In this document: piece by piece, positions 1 to 9,789 of the stretch
Layout of the letters: each line of letters starts with the position of its first letter
Position numbering within the stretch: the first letter of the stretch is position 1
Assembly: GCA_964485625.1 (NCBI GenBank)
Contig: CAZAJM010000002.1
Span: 36,167 to 100,166, forward strand
Length of the DNA: 64,000 nucleotides
Reading direction: 5' to 3'
Source: an uncultured Candidatus Saccharibacteria bacterium
GTDB lineage: Bacteria; Patescibacteriota; UBA1384; JAGGWG01; CAZAJM01
Translations under genes and position numbers: made by a program
Notes under the pieces: model-generated
What the model saw: the letters and a program-made list of their open reading frames with translations, nothing else
The model's database searches: none
What the model was told of the DNA's origin: nothing

Positions 1-1901
1 TCTTAAAACAACCTACTCCCGGTGGCAAAGCAGATCAAATTGCTAAAACTGTTCAAGAAGGTGCTAGTGCTTTCTTAAATCGCCAGTACCGAACCATCGC
101 TATTGTAGCAATTATCTTAGCGGCCCTAATTTACTTTGGCCTTGGCTCAACCACAGCTCTAGGTTTTGTTATAGGTGCCGTTCTTTCAGGTGCTGCTGGA
201 TATATTGGCATGAACATTTCCGTTAGAACTAATGTACGTACTGTAGAGGCGGCTAAATCAGGTCTGGGTAAGGGCATGAAAGTTGCTTTTAGAGGCGGTA
301 GCGTAACCGGTTTTCTAGTAGCTGGCCTGGCTCTAGCCGGAGTAGTAATATTCTACTATTTCACCCGAGATATTAACGCTTTAGTTGGCCTAGGTTTTGG
401 AGGCTCTTTTATCTCTATCTTTGCCCGTCTGGGCGGAGGTATCTTTACTAAAGGCGCCGATGTTGGTGCAGATTTGGTTGGTAAAGTAGAGGCCGGTATT
501 CCTGAAGATGATCCAAGAAATGCTGGAGTAATTGCCGATAATGTTGGTGATAATGTGGGAGACTGTGCCGGTATGGCAGCAGACCTCTTTGAAACCTATG
601 TTGTTACCGCCATTGCCGCTATGCTTATTGGCCATCTTTCAATTGGCACTGATATAGCTGTGGTTCTGCCCCTAATTATTGGTGGGGTTGCCTTAGTGGC
701 TAGTGTGATTGGTTCACTTTTTGTGAAATTACCCAAGAGTAAAAACATTATGACTGGCCTATACTACGGTATCGGTGCTACTGTTATCCTAGCCGGTGCT
801 GCTCTCTATCCTACTATTACTAATCTTACAGATGATCTTAACCTTTTCTACTCAGCACTAGTTGGCATCTTAGTTACTATTCTTCTGGTTGTAATTACCG
901 AATACTACACCTCAACTAAATACTCTCCTGTTAAATCAATTGCTAAAGCCAGTCAATCAGGACATGCTACTAATATCATTACCGGACTAGCCGTTGGCAT
1001 GAAATCTACCGGCTGGCCAATTGTAGTTATTGGCGGAGCAATCTTAGCCGCCTACTACTTTTCAGGGGTCTATGGCATTGCTATCGGGGCTATGAGTATG
1101 CTCTCTCTAACCGGAATTATTGTCGCTCTAGATGCCTATGGGCCAATAGCTGATAATGCCGGCGGTATCGCTGAGATGAGTGGGATGGAAGAAGTAAGGG
1201 ATGTTACCGATCCACTAGATGCCGTTGGCAATACTACTAAAGCAGTTACTAAAGGCTATGCTATTGGTTCTGCCTCTCTAGCTGCACTAGTACTATTTGT
1301 CGCTTATACCGAAGACTTGGCTCGAGTATCAGAGAAGTTTGAAGATATTACTTTCATGCTCTCTAACCCTTATGTGTTAGTGGGGCTCTTTATTGGTGGA
1401 CTACTACCATATCTTTTTAGCGCCTACTCAATGGAAGCGGTCGGTAAGGCTGGAGCAGCTGTGGTCAAGGAAGTAAGAAGACAGTTTAAAGAGATCCCGG
1501 GTATTATGGAAGGCAAGAACGAACCGGAGTATGGCAAGGCAGTCGATATTGTTACTGCCTCTGCCCTAAGAGAGATGATCGTGCCGGCCCTGATCCCGGT
1601 CTTAACTCCAATCTTGGTTGGCTTACTACTAGGCGCTAAAGCCTTGGGTGGTATGCTAATTGGTTCTATTATCACTGGAGTATTTGTCGCTATCTCTATG
1701 ACCTCGGGTGGAGCTGCTTGGGACAATGCTAAAAAGTATATTGAGGATGATAACTACGGCGGCAAAGGCAGCGAGGCTCACAAAGCAGCCGTAACCGGCG
1801 ATACAGTTGGAGATCCTTACAAAGACACTGCAGGTCCAGCGATAAACCCTATGATCAAAATCATTAATATAATTGCTCTATTATTAATACCCTTCTTGTA
1901 A
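1..1901 (+). CDS. hppA: Membrane-bound proton/sodium-translocating pyrophosphatase (V-PPase), 5'-partial
   Basis: In-frame translation from the window start reads ...[20 protein letters not shown]...[15 protein letters not shown], continuous with the 210..1901 ORF. It carries the classic V-PPase motifs [19 protein letters not shown] and [21 protein letters not shown], and the C-terminal [13 protein letters not shown]. The gene starts upstream of the window. Confidence 0.9.
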   Translation, partial: LKQPTPGGKADQIAKTVQEGASAFLNRQYRTIAIVAIILAALIYFGLGSTTALGFVIGAVLSGAAGYIGMNISVRTNVRTVEAAKSGLGKGMKVAFRGGSVTGFLVAGLALAGVVIFYYFTRDINALVGLGFGGSFISIFARLGGGIFTKGADVGADLVGKVEAGIPEDDPRNAGVIADNVGDNVGDCAGMAADLFETYVVTAIAAMLIGHLSIGTDIAVVLPLIIGGVALVASVIGSLFVKLPKSKNIMTGLYYGIGATVILAGAALYPTITNLTDDLNLFYSALVGILVTILLVVITEYYTSTKYSPVKSIAKASQSGHATNIITGLAVGMKSTGWPIVVIGGAILAAYYFSGVYGIAIGAMSMLSLTGIIVALDAYGPIADNAGGIAEMSGMEEVRDVTDPLDAVGNTTKAVTKGYAIGSASLAALVLFVAYTEDLARVSEKFEDITFMLSNPYVLVGLFIGGLLPYLFSAYSMEAVGKAGAAVVKEVRRQFKEIPGIMEGKNEPEYGKAVDIVTASALREMIVPALIPVLTPILVGLLLGAKALGGMLIGSIITGVFVAISMTSGGAAWDNAKKYIEDDNYGGKGSEAHKAAVTGDTVGDPYKDTAGPAINPMIKIINIIALLLIPFL

Positions 1902-1924
1902 GGATATCCAACAGGGAAGGGTGT

Positions 1925-1981
1925 CAGGGAAACGGAAGTTTCCCTGCTAGAGGAAAATACTAAAAACCGAGTGGTTTTTAG
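1925..1981. repeat. Two adjacent perfect 9-bp stem / tetraloop hairpins (cagggaaac-ggaa-gtttccctg at 1925-1946; ctaaaaacc-gagt-ggtttttag at 1960-1981), inside the 97-nt spacer between the two copies of the hppA 3' end
   Basis: Read directly from the sequence. Both stems are perfectly complementary. Confidence 0.6.
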
Positions 1982-2000
1982 GGAGCGAAGCGACGTTTGA

Positions 2001-2090
2001 GATCCTTACAAAGATACTGCGGGTCCAGCGATAAACCCTATGATAAAGATAATTAATATTATTGCCCTATTATTAATACCCTTCTTGTAG
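2001..2090 (+). repeat. Second, non-translated copy of the last 30 codons of hppA (duplicate of 1812-1901)
   Basis: 90-nt direct repeat of 1812-1901 with 8 nucleotide differences (7 third-position synonymous changes, plus TAA to TAG in the stop codon). An in-frame TGA at 1998-2000 lies immediately upstream, so this copy is not part of an ORF. Confidence 0.7.
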
Positions 2091-2114
2091 AAAGACTAGA
2101 AAAAAGAGAAGTCT

Positions 2115-2136
2115 CAGTCCAGCTGGGACTTTTTTC
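2115..2136 (+). terminator. Putative rho-independent terminator after hppA (agtcc-agctg-ggact followed by TTTTTCTT)
   Basis: 5-bp GC-containing stem, 5-nt loop and a U-tract, with an A-rich 5' flank (aaaagagaag) that could extend the stem. It lies downstream of the second hppA tail copy. Confidence 0.4.
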
Positions 2137-2190
2137 TTGAAAAAATCCAACCTATCAGTTAGTTTTAAATTAGTAATCTAGACCTGCACC

Positions 2191-2448
2191 ATGTGGGGAG
2201 GCAGAGAGATGAAACAAGCAGAAGTAGTTGTTAATAGAGATTTTCGTAACAGGTTAATGCTTGAAAGAGCTCACAAACATAGCATCAGACTAGAATCGAT
2301 ATCGAGAAGAAATGGCAACACTCTTTGCTTTGTGTTTAGCTTTCTTGATAATCCCAACTGTTTGGCACAAATAAGAAGAAATAGAGGTGGCCCAAGGATT
2401 ATAAGGGATTATGAGGAGTTCGAAACTTGCACAGAGGAGCTGATTTGA
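2191..2448 (+). CDS. Hypothetical small protein. A more likely start is the internal ATG near 2209, preceded by ggaggcagagag.
   Basis: ORF only. No recognisable motifs. Lies in an accessory-looking gap between hppA and the next genes. Confidence 0.2.
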   Translation: MWGGREMKQAEVVVNRDFRNRLMLERAHKHSIRLESISRRNGNTLCFVFSFLDNPNCLAQIRRNRGGPRIIRDYEEFETCTEELI

Positions 2449-2768
2449 TGGCCGAGGACATAGGAGCTGATGGGCTTCCAAAATTAACCATTGAGCTTAA
2501 CCCCAGTCACCCTGATTTTAGCCGGCTATTTGAGATAGTCACCTGTTTGAAGAAAATGTTTATAAGAAAACGCTTAGCTCTATTGATGTTAACCCAAAAC
2601 TCTAATCTGGGTTCAAAGCACTTAATCTCAATTGGCGGAGATGGCAATGGCAAAGGCGGAGATAAGATGGAATCGGTTAATCAGGTCAGAAGCTATTTTA
2701 GAAACTATGTAGCTAGCTTAGATTATGAACCTACCTTGATCGATCCTTGCTTTAGTTTGGATGAGTAA
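2427..2768 (+). CDS. Hypothetical protein (113 aa)
   Basis: ORF only. Overlaps the previous small ORF. No recognisable domain. Confidence 0.2.
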   Translation: MHRGADLMAEDIGADGLPKLTIELNPSHPDFSRLFEIVTCLKKMFIRKRLALLMLTQNSNLGSKHLISIGGDGNGKGGDKMESVNQVRSYFRNYVASLDYEPTLIDPCFSLDE

Positions 2769-2854
2769 TTTCAAACCAAATTAATATGTTTGTATATTTG
2801 CTCATCTTTTTAATTAAAAAGGCTATAAATAGATACTAGTTTTGGTGCTAAACA

Positions 2855-3550
2855 CTAAAATCTATCCATAGCTTGATTTAGAATAGCTACTAACTCATCT
2901 AGTAATTTAATTTGCTGGTCAGTTAGGACTTCTATACTCTGCTCGAGATAATAACTTGGTGACCTTAGAGCATTCCTGAAATCATAATAAGTAATATTAG
3001 CCAGTGCCAAACGAAGTTCCTCTGAAAATCTCTCCAAGTACCAGCAACGACTATATTTTCTTTTTACCAAGAACAGGCCCAAACCATTAACTCTTAAGTT
3101 TCTAAGAATATACCCTAGAGCGGCCTTTTTGTGTTGGTTTGGGATAACCAAACTTATCATCCTATCAAACTCGCTAGACAAACCCCTAAGGGCCTGTCTC
3201 ACGTCACAGCTAAGACCTTCTCCTAACATATCTTCTCTATCTGGAATGTTACCATTACTAATACCCCAGGCCTTAGTCCAAGATGGCCAATTATGATTAA
3301 TACCGTTCCAATTAAATATGTGCGTAACTTCATCATGATAGTAGGTCCCCAGGGGTGAGTAAAAGGAGTCTGGGGGCAAGACTTCAAATATACTACTCTT
3401 ACTTGGACTACCATTAGAATATCTTCTCGCCATAAAACCAAGAGTAATAGTAGCGTCACTAATTGATCGGCCAACAATTGCTTTAGTTGAAATTAAGTAT
3501 GTAACCAGAGAATAACTTTTGCCAACTGCTAAGCTAGCAATTATATTCAT
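2855..3550 (-). CDS. Hypothetical protein (231 aa), unknown function
   Basis: Clean ORF with no family recognised. Possible weak nucleotidyltransferase-like N-terminus (speculative). Confidence 0.45.
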   Translation of the reverse strand: MNIIASLAVGKSYSLVTYLISTKAIVGRSISDATITLGFMARRYSNGSPSKSSIFEVLPPDSFYSPLGTYYHDEVTHIFNWNGINHNWPSWTKAWGISNGNIPDREDMLGEGLSCDVRQALRGLSSEFDRMISLVIPNQHKKAALGYILRNLRVNGLGLFLVKRKYSRCWYLERFSEELRLALANITYYDFRNALRSPSYYLEQSIEVLTDQQIKLLDELVAILNQAMDRF

Positions 3551-3720
3551 AGCCCTACCTCCCTTTTCAAGGTGCTCTTACTCAACTTATTAAACACGCA
3601 TCTAATCTTTAAGTCAAAAAGTAAGAATAAAATATATTTCCATATTTGACCAAAGGGCTTTAGCTGTGGTTAAATAAGAGTAATAATTTGTATTAAGAGT
3701 ATTAGAAAGGCTAGATATAT

Positions 3721-5526
3721 ATGAAAAAGTACCAGAAACCAATACTGGCAATAGTTGTTGTCTCTTGTTTGCTAGTTTTAGTTTGGGGAGGCCTAAAGCT
3801 ATCTTACTATGGTAAGTTCTACCCTACTGCTAGAGTAGCCGGGGTAAGTGTGGCCGGAATGAGCGAAGAGCAGGCAGAGGAAGAATTAAAAGAGCAAGTT
3901 GATCGATTTAAGGGCTCTACTATCTGGTTTAGTTACAAAGATAGAGATTTTGCCTATGAGGTTGATTTTGAAAAAATTGATTTTTTGATCGAAGAATCTG
4001 TTAGAGAGGCAAAAGCCAGCAACAGACTATCTGATCTTCTAGATAGTAATTATCCAATAAAGGTCGAGGCTGATGAACAGCTAGAGAAGAATATCATCTC
4101 TTTCTTTTCTGATCATATCAACCAAGAGATGGTCGGGGAATCAATCTCTCTTGATGGAGGTGATATTAACTACCAAGAGGCCAAGCCCGAAATTAAACTT
4201 GATAAAAAAAAGACATGGAACAACTTTCTTAGCTCCATCTCCAGCCTACAAGATTCTGTGAATATAGCTTATCAGGAGACCTACCCCTCTACCAGCTCCA
4301 ATCTTTTTTCTACCTACCAAAAAGTCTCTAATTTGGTAAATCTGACCCCAATTAAGATTATCTCTGAAGATGAAGATAAAACTATTAATCAGATAGAGCA
4401 GAATGATATTATCAGCTGGCTTAATATTACCAACCAGAGAGAGAGCCGCTGTAAGATAAAAAAGGGTTGTTTATTACTGGATAATATGGATCCGATCACC
4501 AGCCAGACTACCTTTGATAAGGAGAAATTAAGCAGTTGGGCAGATAGACTGGCAGCTGAGGTTAATAAGGAGCCGACCAACGCCAAGCTTAGCTTCAATG
4601 GTAAAAAAATAGTTGTAGAAGAACCAGCCCAGTATGGCTACAAAATTAACAACAAGCAACTTCTAGAACAGATTAATAGTTTAATTGATAACCCAGAGCC
4701 GGAGATCAGTCTAGCAGTAGAAGTAGATAAGCCACCAGTCAGAGCTGACACCTTGGAAAAACTAGGCATTAAAGAGCTTGTTGGTCGGGGTGAGACAACC
4801 TTCTATGGTAGCTCAAGTAATAGGATTCATAATGTTCGTACCGGAGCTTCCAGGATATCCGGCGCCTTGATTGGCCCTGGGGAAACATTCTCAGCAGCCG
4901 AGAGAGTAGGAGACGTAGAGAAATCCACTGGATATCTGCCCGAGTATGTGATTAAAGGCAAAGAGACTATTAAAGAATATGGCGGTGGACTCTGTCAGGT
5001 CTCTTCTACTCTTTTTAGAGCCGCTATTAGATCTGGCTTTGAAATTGTTGAAAGGCATCCTCACGCTTACCGGGTTAGCTACTATGAACCACCAATCGGC
5101 ATGGATGCAGCAATCTATGTACCCTGGACTGATCTAAAATTTGTTAACAACACTAAAAACTGGGTCTTAATTCAATATGAGATGAGCGGCTATCAATTGG
5201 CTTTCAATGTCTATGGCACCAACGATGGCCGAAAGGTCTCTATTTCCGAACCTAAATCAGGTAATTTTCAGCCCCCACCGAAGCCGATTATCATTAAAGA
5301 CAAGACCTTAAAACCAGGAGATAAAGTGGTAGAAGAGAAAGGCCGCCAAGGAGCTGATGCTTGGTTTAAATACAAGGTTAAAAAAGACGGAGAATTTATT
5401 ATAAACCAAACTATTAGTAGCCACTACCAGGCCTGGCCGGCCAAAATTAGAGTCGGTCCAGAGAAAAAGAAGGACAATAAAAAGAAAGATAATAAAAAGG
5501 AGAAAAATGAAAAAAAAGAAGATTGA
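3721..5526 (+). CDS. VanW-family protein with N-terminal TM anchor and C-terminal G5-like region
   Basis: N-terminal hydrophobic helix. VanW-domain signature stretch RIHNVRTGASRISGALIGPGETFSAAERVGD...GGGLCQVSSTLFRAAIRSGFEIVERHPH...GMDAAIY. Lys-rich C-terminal tail. Confidence 0.75.
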   Translation: MKKYQKPILAIVVVSCLLVLVWGGLKLSYYGKFYPTARVAGVSVAGMSEEQAEEELKEQVDRFKGSTIWFSYKDRDFAYEVDFEKIDFLIEESVREAKASNRLSDLLDSNYPIKVEADEQLEKNIISFFSDHINQEMVGESISLDGGDINYQEAKPEIKLDKKKTWNNFLSSISSLQDSVNIAYQETYPSTSSNLFSTYQKVSNLVNLTPIKIISEDEDKTINQIEQNDIISWLNITNQRESRCKIKKGCLLLDNMDPITSQTTFDKEKLSSWADRLAAEVNKEPTNAKLSFNGKKIVVEEPAQYGYKINNKQLLEQINSLIDNPEPEISLAVEVDKPPVRADTLEKLGIKELVGRGETTFYGSSSNRIHNVRTGASRISGALIGPGETFSAAERVGDVEKSTGYLPEYVIKGKETIKEYGGGLCQVSSTLFRAAIRSGFEIVERHPHAYRVSYYEPPIGMDAAIYVPWTDLKFVNNTKNWVLIQYEMSGYQLAFNVYGTNDGRKVSISEPKSGNFQPPPKPIIIKDKTLKPGDKVVEEKGRQGADAWFKYKVKKDGEFIINQTISSHYQAWPAKIRVGPEKKKDNKKKDNKKEKNEKKED

Positions 5527-6886
5527 TAGAGATATTTTTCGATCTTACGATATCCGAGGAGAATATCCAGAAAGTTTAAACGAGGAAACTGCCTACTTAA
5601 TTGGGCGGGGCTATGGCAGCTTACTTAAAAAGGCTCGAACGATTGTCGTTGGTCGGGATATCAGAGAGAGTAGCAGCAAGATAAACAAAGATATTATCAA
5701 GGGTCTAGTAGATAGTGGTAAAGACGTTATTGATATCGGTCAAGTCTCAACGGAGATGGTCTACTTTGCCGTTAACCACCTAAAAGCCGATGGAGGGCTA
5801 GCTCTAACCGCCTCTCACAACCCAGCCGGTTGGGCAGGGGTTAAAATGGTTAGAGAAGAAGCCATACCAATTAGTGACGAGACGGGTATTAATGAGATTA
5901 GAGATATGATCTTAAAAGATGATTTAATTGAGCCAAAGAAGAAAGGAGAGGTGAGAAAAGAAGACGTCTTAGATGCCTATCACAAGAAACTTCTAAGCCT
6001 GGTTGATACTAAAAAAATTAAACCTCTTAAAATAGTTGTCAACGCCCTCAACGGGGTTGCCGGGCTAACAATTAAGAAACTACTAGACAGACTGCCAGTA
6101 GAGGTGATTGAGGTTGATTTTGAGCCTGAACCAAACTTTCCCAAGGGAGAACCCGACCCTCTCTTGCCTAAAAGACAGACCGAGACTTCTAAATTAGTTA
6201 AAAAACACCGAGCAGATTTAGGAGCCAGTTTTGACGGTGATGGAGACAGGTGCCTTTTCTTTACCGAAGAAGGCAATTTTATCAGAGGCAGCTACGTTGT
6301 TGCCCTACTAGCCGAGCATATTCTAAAGAAGAACAAAGACCAAGGCAAAGTAATTACCGACTGCCGACTGTTTTGGCCAGCCCAAGAGATCGTTGAGAAG
6401 GCCGGAGGCAAGCTAATTATTAACAAGCCAGGCCATACCTACTTAAAACAAGCGATGAGAGATCACCAAGCTCTCTTTGCCGGAGAGGTCTCCGGACATT
6501 TCTATTACAGGAACTACTACTATGCCGACTCCGGCCTGCTAACCCTACTTTATTTCCTAGAGTTTCTCTCTAGCTCTAAATCCACTCTTACAGAGATGAT
6601 CGCTCCTTTGGCTAAAAAATACCCAGCCAGTGATGAGATAAACTTTAAGGCAGAGAACAAAGAAGAGATACTAAAGAGAGCAGAGACTGTCTATGGCAAA
6701 GAAGGCAAGATAGAAAGAGTCGATGGCATTGGTGTTAATCTAGATAAATGGCGCTTCAATCTAAGACCTTCGGGTACAGAGCCTAAGATTAGACTAAACC
6801 TAGAAGCTAAAGACAAAACCACTTTAAATAAAAAAGAGCAAGAACTAATCTCTTTTATAAAAGATCTTGGCGGCAAACTATCCTAA
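5507..6886 (+). CDS. Phosphoglucomutase / phosphomannomutase (alpha-D-phosphohexomutase family)
   Basis: Active-site serine loop TASHNPAGW, metal-binding loop FDGDGDRCLF, sugar-binding GEVSGH. Start overlaps the upstream ORF by 20 nt. Confidence 0.8.
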   Translation: MKKKKIDRDIFRSYDIRGEYPESLNEETAYLIGRGYGSLLKKARTIVVGRDIRESSSKINKDIIKGLVDSGKDVIDIGQVSTEMVYFAVNHLKADGGLALTASHNPAGWAGVKMVREEAIPISDETGINEIRDMILKDDLIEPKKKGEVRKEDVLDAYHKKLLSLVDTKKIKPLKIVVNALNGVAGLTIKKLLDRLPVEVIEVDFEPEPNFPKGEPDPLLPKRQTETSKLVKKHRADLGASFDGDGDRCLFFTEEGNFIRGSYVVALLAEHILKKNKDQGKVITDCRLFWPAQEIVEKAGGKLIINKPGHTYLKQAMRDHQALFAGEVSGHFYYRNYYYADSGLLTLLYFLEFLSSSKSTLTEMIAPLAKKYPASDEINFKAENKEEILKRAETVYGKEGKIERVDGIGVNLDKWRFNLRPSGTEPKIRLNLEAKDKTTLNKKEQELISFIKDLGGKLS

Positions 6887-7849
6887 ACCAATCGCTTCTT
6901 TGACTTGTGCTAGTTTCTTACTAGATCTTTTTCTAGCTTTCTTTAAACCCTTTTCAAGTACTTTATCTAAAATATCTTTCTTCTCTACCTTCTCTTTTTC
7001 TTCTTGAATTTCTTCTAAAAATGTAGCTACTAACTGTGCTAAGTCTTTCTTAAACTCTCCATAACCCTCACCCTTATACTCCCCCTCAATCTCTTCGATC
7101 TTTTTACTACTAAATAAGCTATATAGGTCAAGCAGGTTAGAGATGGCAGGTTTCTCTTCTAGATCATATTTCACTTCACTACCTGAGTCGGTCACGGCGG
7201 AAATAATTTTTTCTTCTGCCTCTTTACTGCTATCGTTTAGATTGATCTTGCTCTTAGAGGGTCCGGACTTACTCATCTTTGAGCTGGGGTCGGTTAAGCT
7301 CATAATTCGAGCAGACTCTTTAACTACTTTGGCCTTAGGCTCAATAAAGACTTCTCCGTATTTGTTGTTAAATTTTCGAGCTAGCTTGCGAGCAAACTCA
7401 ATATGTTGAACTTGGTCCTCTCCTACCGGCACAATCTGAGTATCATAGAGCAAAATATCAGCAGCTTGAAGAATGGGGTAATTGAGAAGTCCGGCAGTAA
7501 CAATCTGCTCCTTATCTTTCTTATCTTTATACTGAGTCATCCGCCTTAGCTCACTATCACTGACCAAAGAACTTAAAATCCAGGTTAGATCGGTATGATC
7601 CGGATTATCTGAACCAATAAAAACGGTTGACTTGGAACTATCCAAACCTGCTGCTAAGAACCAGAGTAGGTAATCTCGTCTATAGTTTCTAATCTTCTCG
7701 GGTTCAAAACTAGTGGTAATGGCATGATAGTCGGCTACTGCAAAAACGCAGTCGTGTTTTTTCTGCAACTCCAACCACTGCTGGATCGCTCCGAAATAGT
7801 TACCAACTGTTAACTGACCCGAGGGTCTAATAGCGCTAAATACTTTCAT
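6878..7849 (-). CDS. trpS: Tryptophanyl-tRNA synthetase
   Basis: Class I aaRS motifs TVGNYFG (HIGH-type) and KMSKS. Length 323 aa, typical of TrpRS. N-terminus PSGQLTVGNYFGA. Confidence 0.85.
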   Translation of the reverse strand: MKVFSAIRPSGQLTVGNYFGAIQQWLELQKKHDCVFAVADYHAITTSFEPEKIRNYRRDYLLWFLAAGLDSSKSTVFIGSDNPDHTDLTWILSSLVSDSELRRMTQYKDKKDKEQIVTAGLLNYPILQAADILLYDTQIVPVGEDQVQHIEFARKLARKFNNKYGEVFIEPKAKVVKESARIMSLTDPSSKMSKSGPSKSKINLNDSSKEAEEKIISAVTDSGSEVKYDLEEKPAISNLLDLYSLFSSKKIEEIEGEYKGEGYGEFKKDLAQLVATFLEEIQEEKEKVEKKDILDKVLEKGLKKARKRSSKKLAQVKEAIGLG

Positions 7850-7888
7850 ATATCTAAAAGTCTATACTACCAGTGGTCTTTTTTCAAA

Positions 7889-7909
7889 CCGGAAGGTTAC
7901 CTTCCGATT
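7889..7909. repeat. REP-like palindrome variant ccggaaggttaccttccgatt in the trpS / 7962 intergenic region
   Basis: Same flanks as the RAYT-associated repeats (ttttcaaa...cggaag..cttccgatt), but with a different loop-proximal stem. Confidence 0.4.
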
Positions 7910-7961
7910 ATTATTCTACGCCTCAAATGGTCAACTAAAAATAGTTTGATATAATGAAGTT

Positions 7962-8870
7962 ATGAGATTAAATGACATCCAAAAGGCAGCATTACTAACA
8001 ATAAAATATTTTGATCTTTTTAATTACCCACCTGATCACAAACAGATTCATAAGTACCTTTATGGGCAGAAAACCCATATCCGCCAGACCAACCAGGCAC
8101 TATTTGAATTAAAGAAGTTAGGCCTAATAGGTAAAAAGTCTAATTATTGGTTCTTGAGCGGGAAGGAACAGTTGGTCGATCAGAGATTAATTAGAGTCAA
8201 ACACTCAAAAAAACTAAGAAAAAAACTACTATATATCGGCTGGCTCTTTAAACTAGTTCCCTTTGCTAGGTCAGTGGTGATCTCAAACAACCTGGCCTTT
8301 AACAACGCTAGTAAAACCTCTGATATCGATCTACTTATCTTAACCAGGGAGAACCGGCTCTGGACAGCTCGCTTTTTTGCCACTTTAATAGCCAACCTAA
8401 CAGGCTTGCGAGTAATGAGCAGAGAGGGTGACCCCGGGCAGCTCTGTTTAAGCTTCTTTATTTCTGAGGATAATATGAATTTAATTGGGATAGATAGAGA
8501 CTACCAGATATTTAGAAGCTTCTGGATAGCCTTACTGGACCCACTCTATGATAATGGGCTCTTCTCAAAGTTTCTTCAGGCCAACTCTTGGGCAATCAAG
8601 AACTTTCCTAATTTAAATAAGTCTTGGCAGAAAGGTGAGAGAAAACCGTTATCATTACTTGCATTTCTGGGTGAAAAAATTCTTAATCTAATACCAGGGC
8701 TTGAAAAGAGACTCTATCGTTTCCAAAAGAACAAAATCTCAAAGCCCAAAAAAGAATCTATCAAAAAAGAGGTAGTTATCACCACCTCAGTCTTTAAATC
8801 CCATTTTGATAATCACCGCCAAGAGGTAACTAAAATCTTAAAAAAGTACTACAAAAAAATCTACAACTAA
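7962..8870 (+). CDS. Hypothetical protein (302 aa), possible nucleotidyltransferase-fold
   Basis: Clean ORF. The segment ...NNASKTSDIDLLILTRE resembles a minimal nucleotidyltransferase h[GS]..D[IL]D motif. Not a confident match. Confidence 0.45.
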   Translation: MRLNDIQKAALLTIKYFDLFNYPPDHKQIHKYLYGQKTHIRQTNQALFELKKLGLIGKKSNYWFLSGKEQLVDQRLIRVKHSKKLRKKLLYIGWLFKLVPFARSVVISNNLAFNNASKTSDIDLLILTRENRLWTARFFATLIANLTGLRVMSREGDPGQLCLSFFISEDNMNLIGIDRDYQIFRSFWIALLDPLYDNGLFSKFLQANSWAIKNFPNLNKSWQKGERKPLSLLAFLGEKILNLIPGLEKRLYRFQKNKISKPKKESIKKEVVITTSVFKSHFDNHRQEVTKILKKYYKKIYN

Positions 8871-9292
8871 GCAGCCACCTTCTTTTCTAATCGAACAACT
8901 CTTTTTTCTAAAGCATTTAAATCTTCTTGATCTGCTTTCATTTTTAACTCTTGTTTAATAAGTGAAACATCCTCTTTTATTAAACCCACCTCTTCAAAAA
9001 CAGCATCAATTTTATTTGAATTATTCTCAATCTTTTCTTTATTTATTTGAATCCCATCACCCAAAGCTCTTAAATCATCCTGAAATTTTTCATAGATAAC
9101 TTCAATAGTTCTTTTAAAGTTATCATCGATTTCTTTGGTGTGCTTGTCAAACCTTCTATCAATCTCTTTGGTATGTTTATCAAATTTCTGGTCAATAGCC
9201 TTAGTATGCCTATCAAATTTTTGATCGATTATGTCCGTATGCTTTTCAAAACTTTTGTTGATTTGTTCTAAATCTTTCTTTGTCAAAGTCAT
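8867..9292 (-). CDS. Coiled-coil protein with four tandem 11-residue repeats (IDQKFD[KR]HTK[AE])
   Basis: Translation shows IDQKFDRHTKA / IDQKFDKHTKE / IDRRFDKHTKE / IDDNFKRTIEV. The underlying 33-bp DNA tandem repeats are visible at about 9110-9245. Confidence 0.5.
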   Translation of the reverse strand: MTLTKKDLEQINKSFEKHTDIIDQKFDRHTKAIDQKFDKHTKEIDRRFDKHTKEIDDNFKRTIEVIYEKFQDDLRALGDGIQINKEKIENNSNKIDAVFEEVGLIKEDVSLIKQELKMKADQEDLNALEKRVVRLEKKVAA

Positions 9293-9333
9293 ATTGAATA
9301 TATTATACCAAACTAATTACAATTTAGTAAAAT

Positions 9334-9789
9334 CTATTTAAGCTCAATTATTATCCGTCGGTTTGGCTCCTCGCCAATGCTTCTAGAGGTTAATTTAGGA
9401 TTGCTTCTGATTTCCATATGAATCATCTTTCTTTTAAATGGGTTCATTGGTTCTAGAACTACCGGTTCCTCTGTCTCTAAAGCTTTCTCTATCGCTTTCT
9501 GAGCCTCACTACTAGCCTCCTCTATTTGAGAGTACTTATAACTATTAATATCAATAGTTAAATAGGTAAACTCTCCTAATTCTTTATTAATTAGAAGTCT
9601 TAATAGATGCTGTATATCGGCCAGGTTCTGGCCACTCTTGCCAATTAGAATCCCGGGCTCATCTATCTCAATATTTATCCAGAGCCCATCATCGCTCTGC
9701 TCTTCTTTTAGACTAGCTTCTGCTAAGTAGCCTAGCTGGGAGAAAAAATCTTTGATAAGCTTCTGAATTTTTGATATCTTCTTTTCCAT
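9334..9789 (-). CDS. jag: Jag/KhpB-type RNA-binding protein (KH + R3H domains)
   Basis: Sits downstream of yidC, as in the conserved rnpA-yidD-yidC-jag operon. GKSGQNLADIQHLLRLL (KH-like) and a C-terminal R3H-like ...RKMIHMEI...RSIGEEPNRRIIIE. Confidence 0.7.
   Translation of the reverse strand: MEKKISKIQKLIKDFFSQLGYLAEASLKEEQSDDGLWINIEIDEPGILIGKSGQNLADIQHLLRLLINKELGEFTYLTIDINSYKYSQIEEASSEAQKAIEKALETEEPVVLEPMNPFKRKMIHMEIRSNPKLTSRSIGEEPNRRIIIELK

Noticed and set aside
390-635. Antisense 81-aa ORF, and a similar one at 1424-1726, inside hppA
   Set aside because: Entirely embedded opposite a strongly supported V-PPase coding frame. No motifs. Typical spurious antisense ORFs.
3223-3477. 84-aa ORF overlapping the 231-aa minus-strand gene in another frame
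   Set aside because: Nested within a longer ORF on the same strand. Hydrophobic low-complexity translation. No independent support.
4389-4598. Antisense small ORFs inside vanW-like, pgm, trpS, dnaA, dnaN, valS, tsaD, murE, pnp, udg, rpoD, msrB-permease and ABC ATPase genes (e.g. 4389-4598, 5980-6276, 6691-6876, 7143-7409, 11467-11748, 11598-11816, 13150-13353, 35166-35816, 37139-37324, 39646-39894, 48093-48368, 49938-50129, 58786-59040, 59027-59272, 61254-61743, 61918-62124, 63061-63594)
   Set aside because: All lie within or opposite well-supported conserved genes. None has recognisable motifs or ribosome-binding context.
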